From positions 1,604-65,603 of IMG/VR virus record IMGVR_UViG_3300036403_000039: a stretch of DNA of 64,000 nucleotides; one strand, 5' to 3'. The DNA is from a virus. Lineage: Duplodnaviria; Caudoviricetes. Shown here in pieces: positions 58,605 to 64,000 of the stretch (its first letter is position 1; each line of letters begins with the position of its first letter). The notes under the pieces were generated by a model that was not told the DNA's origin, searched no databases, and saw nothing but the letters and a program-made list of their open reading frames with translations. Position numbers and translations under genes: made by a program.

Positions 58605-60498
58605 ACCAAACCAACCGGAGCCGGGCGAGGCATTCGGAGCGGTTGGCCAGGGGGAAGCGACGCCCAGCAGAAAGCGGCCGAGCAAACCAAGCAGCAAGCC
58701 GGCACCCAAGAAGCGCAAGGCGAAGATCAAACACCCCACGGTCACACCGGCCCGGCCGAGCTGGGCCACCTATGCCAACTGGGTGCAGACGCGGCAAGGC
58801 CACATCCTGGCCCCGGGCCTCTATTTCCATGGCATCCGCGACGATGCAGAAACCGACACGCTGGTCTGTTCGCCGCTGGAGGTGCTGGCCATCACCTGCG
58901 ATGAACGCGGGGAAAACTTCGGTCGGCTGCTGCACCTGCTGCCCAAAGGGGCTAGCGCCTGGAAGCAATGGGCGGCGCCAATGGAGATGCTGGCCGGCGA
59001 CGGTGCCGAGCTGCGCGCGGTGCTGCTCAACATGGGTGCGACCATCCCGCACAAGCAGCGGCAAGCGCTGATGGACTACCTGATGAGCAGCAGCCCGGAA
59101 CGCCAAGCCATGGCGGCGACGCGCACCGGCTGGTATGGGCCGACGCTGTTCGTCATGCCGCGCCGGGTAATCGGCGGCGGTGACGTGGTGTTTCAGTCGA
59201 CCGAGGCCGGCGGCCATGAATACGACACGGCCGGCGACCTGGCCGGCTGGCAAACCGAGGTGGCCGCCCGTTGCCTGGGTAATCCGGTGTTGATTCTTGC
59301 CGTCTGCGCGGCCCTGGCCGGGCCGTTGCTGACCCTGCTCGACGCCGACGGCGGCGGCTTCCATCTGCTGGGCGACAGCTCCAGCGGCAAGAGCATTGCG
59401 CTGGCCGTGGCCGCCAGCGTGTGGGGCAAGCCGCGCGATTTTCTGCGCACATGGAACGCCACCAGCACGGGACTGGAGGGCGTGGCCACGCTGCGCAATG
59501 ACACCCTGTTGGTGCTCGACGAAATCGGCGAAGCCAAGCCCCAGGACGTGGGCGGGATCATCTATGCCCTGGGCAATGGCACCGGCCGCCAGCGTGGCAA
59601 GGTGTCGGGGCTGCCGCGCCAGGTGCAGAAATGGCGGGTCATGGTGCTGTCCAGCGGCGAGCTGACCATGAGCAAGCACATGGAAAGCGCCGGCATGCGC
59701 AGCAAGGCAGGCCAAGAGCTGCGCCTATTGGACGTGCCCACCTATCGCCGCTATGGCGCCTATGACGACCTGCACGGCCTGGGCCTGCCCCATGACCACA
59801 CCAGCGAGGAAGGCCGCAAAGGCGCCGGCCGGGCGTTCGCCGACACCCTCAAGCGCGCGACGGCGCAACACTACGGCCAACTTGGGCCGGCCTTTGTCGA
59901 GCTGCTGGTGGCACGCGAGCCTACGGCCGAGGCCGCCGCCGAGCTGGAAGCCTTGTTCGCCGACATGCGCCAGGGCTTCCCCATCGGCACCGGGCAGGAT
60001 GCGCGGGCGGCGGCGCGATTCGCCATCGCCGCCCTAGCCGGCGAACTGGCCATACAGGGCGGTTTGCTGCCTTGGGCGCAGGGCACCGCCATCGCCGCGA
60101 TGCGGGAACTGTTCGGCGCCTGGGCCGAGTTCCGGGGCCGTGGTCAGTCCGAAGACGCCAAGATCATGCGGGCGGTGTCCACCTTCATCGACCGCCACGC
60201 CGCCCGCTTTGCCAACATCGACGGCACGGACGGCGCCGCCGTGCATGACCGCGCCGGCTGGTATCGCGCCCATGGCGACGGCCGCCTCTACCTGTTCACC
60301 GCGCAGGCACTGGCCGACGCCGCCCAGGGCTTCGACACGCGGCGCGTGCTGGCCTGCCTCGACAATGCCGGCGCCATCGCCGAGCGCGACAACGACCGCG
60401 ACGGCCGTCTGACTAAGCGGGTGCGGGTCAAGGGTGAAGGCATTGCGCGGGTCTACGTGGTCAATCCCGCCGCCTTGCTGGCCGCCCTTGAGGAATAG
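58594..60498 (+). CDS. DUF927-family replicative helicase
   Basis: TRTGW, Walker A GDSSSGKS, LVLDEIG, LGNGTGRQR, SSGE. Confidence 0.88.
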   Translation: MTDRPNQPEPGEAFGAVGQGEATPSRKRPSKPSSKPAPKKRKAKIKHPTVTPARPSWATYANWVQTRQGHILAPGLYFHGIRDDAETDTLVCSPLEVLAITCDERGENFGRLLHLLPKGASAWKQWAAPMEMLAGDGAELRAVLLNMGATIPHKQRQALMDYLMSSSPERQAMAATRTGWYGPTLFVMPRRVIGGGDVVFQSTEAGGHEYDTAGDLAGWQTEVAARCLGNPVLILAVCAALAGPLLTLLDADGGGFHLLGDSSSGKSIALAVAASVWGKPRDFLRTWNATSTGLEGVATLRNDTLLVLDEIGEAKPQDVGGIIYALGNGTGRQRGKVSGLPRQVQKWRVMVLSSGELTMSKHMESAGMRSKAGQELRLLDVPTYRRYGAYDDLHGLGLPHDHTSEEGRKGAGRAFADTLKRATAQHYGQLGPAFVELLVAREPTAEAAAELEALFADMRQGFPIGTGQDARAAARFAIAALAGELAIQGGLLPWAQGTAIAAMRELFGAWAEFRGRGQSEDAKIMRAVSTFIDRHAARFANIDGTDGAAVHDRAGWYRAHGDGRLYLFTAQALADAAQGFDTRRVLACLDNAGAIAERDNDRDGRLTKRVRVKGEGIARVYVVNPAALLAALEE

Positions 60499-60500
60499 CC

Positions 60501-61265
60501 ATGGCAGACCAGAAATCGTCAACCGGTAAACCCCGGGTCACACCGGGAACAAACCGCCAGGCCCGGCAAGCGCGGGTCTTTGCGGGCGCCGTTGCTGGGT
60601 CACAGACCGGGAACACGCCGGGAACAACCGGGAACAGCGGCCAGACTTTTTGTTCCCGGTGTTCCCGGTCAAAACCATTACCGGGAACAGCTACAGGCCC
60701 CGCCATTGCTGGTTGTTCCCGGTGTTCCCGGTGTGACCCAGGCCAACAGCAGGTATCGCGCGGCAATGGGCCAGCGAAAACGGCGCCGCCCGACTTGGCG
60801 GCCCTGGGCGCATTCGTTCGGCGGTCGCAACCCGTCACCACCATCGCAGAGGCCGGCAGCCCCTCGAACCTGCCCGCCTCGCAGTGGCTGGAACTGCTGG
60901 CCGCCGTGCTGGGCTGTTCGCCTGGCTGGTTGCTTGAAAGCGGGCGGGTGGACGCCGACGACCTCGCCGCGCGCGGCCGTATCAGTGACGCCGCCCGGCT
61001 GATTCGCTCGCACGGCTGGACAACGCCAACGCGCCCACAAACTTCGCCGGCACCGACCACCGACACCAGCACGACCGCAGCAGCGCCGGTGGCCTGGCAG
61101 ATGGCCCGCGACACCTACCTGAGCCACGTCATGGCGTGCCGCACCTGTCGCGCCCATCTGCCCAAATCCCCCACGCACTGCCCGGCCGGCGCCGAGCTGC
61201 GCGCGCTGTACGACCGACAAACCACACACCACATCACCCCGACCCTGGAGACTCCCCATGTCTAA
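60501..61265 (+). CDS. Hypothetical protein overlapping the iteron array; C-terminal His/Cys cluster
   Basis: GAGG RBS; C-terminal HVMACRTC...HCPAG; overlaps the next gene; N-terminal half is translated repeats. Confidence 0.5.
   Translation: MADQKSSTGKPRVTPGTNRQARQARVFAGAVAGSQTGNTPGTTGNSGQTFCSRCSRSKPLPGTATGPAIAGCSRCSRCDPGQQQVSRGNGPAKTAPPDLAALGAFVRRSQPVTTIAEAGSPSNLPASQWLELLAAVLGCSPGWLLESGRVDADDLAARGRISDAARLIRSHGWTTPTRPQTSPAPTTDTSTTAAAPVAWQMARDTYLSHVMACRTCRAHLPKSPTHCPAGAELRALYDRQTTHHITPTLETPHV
60543..60731. repeat. Iteron array CCGGGAACA x9, probable satellite origin
   Basis: Direct copies at 60543, 60607, 60618, 60628, 60681; inverted copies at 60651, 60660, 60714, 60723. Confidence 0.85.
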
Positions 61266-62493
61266 ATCTGTTGCCGTCAGCCTGTCCGAAGCCGTGATTA
61301 AGCGGCATGCCGGCGATAGCGCTGTCACCCAACTACGCGACACCCAACGCCCGCTCCGCTTTCGCTACCGCAAGAACCGCGAGCGCGGCAGCTTCTACGT
61401 CGTGACGCGCGCCCAGGGCAAAGAGCGCTGGCACAAGCTCGGCAACTATCCCGACCTCACCGTTAAGGCGGTGTTGTCGGTGCTGCCTAACGTCATGCAG
61501 CGGCTGGCCGTCGAGCCGCAGACGGGCGCGCTGTCTACGTCCGGTTGGTCGACCGTCGGCGAGGTGCTGGAGTGGTATGCGCAGCGCGTCGCGCACAATG
61601 CCAACCTCAGTAAGAACCGCAAGGCCACGGCGCGCTCGGCGGTGAAATGCCAGCTACTGCCCTGCCTCGGCACGTTGCGTTTGTCAGAGCTGAGCCACGC
61701 CACCCTAGACACCAAGCTGATGTGGCCGCTGCAATCGCAATACAGCGTGGCGCATGTGCGCTTGGTGTTCGGTGTGCTCAAGGTCGCATTCAAGCAGGCC
61801 GCTAGCCTGGGCCTGATCGGCAAGAACCCAATGGCCGACATGACCTTTACCGACTTCATCAAGACCAAGATCAAGCCGAAAGATGCGCGCTTGCGTCCGG
61901 TCGATTGCGGGCGCCTGCTGGAGCATTGGGCCGCCCGTTACCGTCAAGAAACCACGGCGGTCGCCCTGGCGGTGCTGATGCTGGCCCACGGCACGCGGAT
62001 CGGAGAAACCCGTCAAGCCAAGTGGCGGCACTTCGACCGGATCGGCAAGACCTGGCATATCCCAGCCGTCGACACCAAGACCAAGAAAGCCCACACCCTG
62101 CCACTCACCGCCCAGGTGTGCGCGTTCCTGGCCCGCTATCGTGATAGTCAGGTGGCCCGAGGCTATGACGGCGCCTACCTGTTCCCCGGCGTGCAGGGCC
62201 GCCCCTTCAGCGAAATGCAGGCGCAGTTGGCGTTTACCTCATTATCGGGTGAGCAATGGACCAGCCATGACCTCAGAAAGACAGCCCGCACGGCCTGGGC
62301 TGACCTGGGCGTCGATTACCTGATCGGTGAGCTGCTGCTGAATCACGCGCTCAAGGCGCTAGACGTGACCTACATCCACACCACCGCCGAGGCGCAAAAG
62401 CGGCAGGCCCTGGAGCGCTGGCATGCCTGGCTTGATGGGCAAGGCTTCGCGGCCCTGCACAGTCCGACCGAGTGTGGCCAGGCCGAGACATAA
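61258..62493 (+). CDS. Second tyrosine recombinase
   Basis: HGTRIGE, KTK, HDLRK, LLNH, VTYIH (full R-K-H-R-H-Y set). Confidence 0.9.
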   Translation: MSKSVAVSLSEAVIKRHAGDSAVTQLRDTQRPLRFRYRKNRERGSFYVVTRAQGKERWHKLGNYPDLTVKAVLSVLPNVMQRLAVEPQTGALSTSGWSTVGEVLEWYAQRVAHNANLSKNRKATARSAVKCQLLPCLGTLRLSELSHATLDTKLMWPLQSQYSVAHVRLVFGVLKVAFKQAASLGLIGKNPMADMTFTDFIKTKIKPKDARLRPVDCGRLLEHWAARYRQETTAVALAVLMLAHGTRIGETRQAKWRHFDRIGKTWHIPAVDTKTKKAHTLPLTAQVCAFLARYRDSQVARGYDGAYLFPGVQGRPFSEMQAQLAFTSLSGEQWTSHDLRKTARTAWADLGVDYLIGELLLNHALKALDVTYIHTTAEAQKRQALERWHAWLDGQGFAALHSPTECGQAET

Positions 62494-62727
62494 GTAAGAC
62501 CCGTCTAGTTCAGCCCCTGCCGTCCGCACCAGTGCCGCCGGGGCTGGGCGACCGCTTCGAAATTGATTACAGGGGAGTCGGTTTAGACGCCGCAAGACAC
62601 GCGCCCCGCCGGCTTTGCGGTGGAGCACCCGCCCGGGAATGGCGTGGTGCTGTAGAGCTGACGGCGTGCGCCGCCCAGGTGCCGGCATGGATGCGGCGGA
62701 GGCCGGCAAGGCCGTCGCCCCGGGTCT

Positions 62728-62910
62728 GGGTCCCTCTGGCGGTCAATTTACCCTGATCGGTCGGCAGGCCCGCGCGGTTCGCGGATTTTCCGGCCCGGCG
62801 AAATCGGCGCCTTTTGTCCACCTTTCTTGGGCAGAAAATAGGCAACCCGAACGCCTAAAGCGTTGTTTTTCCTCGCGTCCACCGCCTCAAGAAAAGGTGG
62901 CAAGGTGGAC
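62728..62910 (+). other. Lambda-type cos-like site
   Basis: GGGTCCC...C-GGTCGGCAGGCC-CGCG followed by GTCCACC/GGTGGAC repeats. Confidence 0.4.
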
Positions 62911-62979
62911 ACGGCAATGACCCCAGCACCTAGCCAGGCACGCCACAACCTGCGCTGCTACTGGTCCCGGCAAGCCAAT

Positions 62980-63069
62980 GGGGAGGGGGTGGGCAAATCC
63001 CTGAGCCTTCATAGGCCCAACACCGAGCGCCCAGCCGCTTTTACACAGCCGCGAAATAAAAAATTTCAG
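62980..63069 (+). other. HK97/D3-type cos-like site
   Basis: GGGGAGGGGGTGGGCAAATCCCTG...ACCGAGCGCCCAG...CCGCGAAATAAAAAATTTC. Confidence 0.55.
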
Positions 63070-63117
63070 TTCCCCCGTCACGGGCCAGGCGCCGTCAGGT
63101 TGCAGCAAGCGGCTTGC

Positions 63118-63209
63118 TGTATCCCGACCTGTATCCCTTAAAAACTATAAGCCGTAAAAATATTTATAAATCAAAGACTTAACTTGCAAGTTCAAACGAC
63201 CCCGGCCCA
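63118..63209 (+). other. Right att region of satellite: arm sites, IHF box, degenerate core
   Basis: TGTATCC x2 (63118, 63130); AATCAAAGACTTA fits WATCAANNNNTTR (63169-63181); GTTCAAA-cga-CCCCGGC-CCA resembles the ssrA 3' end. Confidence 0.65.
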
Positions 63210-63271
63210 TTGCTTACACAAGAGCTTGATTCTCAAGGCTTTTGTGCTCAGTCTACCGGCCGTTCCAAGCC

Positions 63272-63295
63272 GGTGTGACACTGAGGTGTGACACT
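63272..63295 (+). repeat. GGTGTGACACT direct repeat (arm-type sites of third element)
   Basis: Two perfect 11-mers at 63272 and 63285 before the integrase start. Confidence 0.6.
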
Positions 63296-63322
63296 CATGT
63301 GGGGCATCATCCGGTGCCCAGC

Positions 63323-63966
63323 ATGAAACCCTCCCCCTCCTACCTCACGCGCAACCGACACGGAACCTTCTACTTCCGCATCGTGATCCCACGCCCATTG
63401 CGCGCACTGCTCAATGGTCAGCGCGAAGTCAGACGAACCCTACGAACAGACAGCGAAAGGCTGGCGCGTAGGCGTGCCCGGCAATTTGCCGCTCGCTACG
63501 AGGCCGTCTTTGACAAGGTGGTGAGCGTGCTTGAGCGTGATGGACTCGGCCTGACAGAGGCCGATTACGAAGAACTGATGGGGCTTGTGCCAGACTCCAA
63601 GACGGCACCGGATTTCTCCAGCCCGCAGGACGAAAACCAACCAGCCGAACCCATTCTTTCCGAGAAGGAAATCGAGACCCGCCAGCGCCGCAGGGAAGTA
63701 GAGCGCCTGCTAACTGGTGCCTATGCCCGCCCAATACCTGCCGAATTCGAGCAGATGGCGCAACGACTGCTAGAGCTTTCCCGCACCTACCAATCGACAG
63801 AGCTGCGAGCAATCCTGCCAAAGCTCCGAGAGAAGCTGACGCTCAGCAGCCTTGCTTCCGAAGCTCCAACCGTTATGACCCAGAGGCCTGCCTTTGATCC
63901 TGCAATAGCAGAATGGACTCTCTACGACGTATGGAAACACCAGCTTGAACGGGACAAAGCCGATAC
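63323..63966 (+). pseudogene. DUF6538-domain integrase, N-terminal part, interrupted by IS
   Basis: YLTRNRHGTFYFRIVIP...REVRRTLRT; frame runs into an IS end with no catalytic domain. Confidence 0.65.
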
Positions 63967-64000
63967 TGTTGTGGTCAACAAAATCTGGACACTGGTTTAG
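63967..64000 (+). mobile_element. IS3-family terminal inverted repeat (element continues beyond window)
   Basis: TGTTGTGGTCAACAAAATCTGGACAC resembles recalled IS3-family ends (TGTnGTGGTC...GGACAC). Confidence 0.6.

Larger units (their letters stand above)
54604..63209 (+). mobile_element. Phage-satellite-like island (~8.6 kb; PICI/PICMI-like, no structural genes)
   Basis: int, regulator, alpA, primase, DUF927 helicase, iterons, second recombinase, cos-like region; matching TGTA(T/C)CC arm pairs at both ends. Confidence 0.82.

Noticed and set aside
60651-60731. CSRCSR zinc finger in ORF 60501-61265
   Set aside because: It is simply the translation of TGTTCCCGG iterons
62494-63141. Short ORFs in the satellite tail, including a possible HNH remnant, and a P2-type cos
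   Set aside because: No convincing RBS or motifs; no CxxC/HNH pattern; no adequate match to the P2/P4 19-mer

Overview
The window is entirely mobile DNA and reads as three elements in tandem, probably stacked at the 3' end of a tmRNA (ssrA) gene lying left of the window; a Pseudomonas-like host is inferred from the att remnants and IS end. (1) 1-~54.6 kb: an apparently complete lambda-like (GpA terminase, cos) siphoviral prophage. It has a serine recombinase/DUF2924 module, an Xre-ImmA/IrrE switch plus two unknown genes, recombination genes, a P4-family primase-helicase, two ParB-DNA methyltransferases between cos and terminase, head and tail genes with a -1 G/GT frameshift, and lysis genes. 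It ends in a reverse-strand defence island (WYL, SNF2 helicase, DUF4391-like, type III Mod, unknown nuclease, Res, GIY-YIG). (2) ~54.6-63.2 kb: an ~8.6 kb satellite-like island with no capsid or terminase genes. It has a P4-type integrase, AlpA, a split primase/DUF927 helicase, an iteron origin, a second tyrosine recombinase, and a non-coding tail that appears to hold two different kinds of cos site. (3) >63.2 kb: the start of a DUF6538-type integrase cut by an IS3-family end. The best candidates for something undescribed are the dual-cos, two-recombinase satellite, the RecX-N-like/nuclease gene inside the type III RM island, a 4-copy upstream motif, and the Xre-ImmA plus two-gene module. Family calls come from motif recognition by eye and reference sequences recalled from memory, not from database searches.
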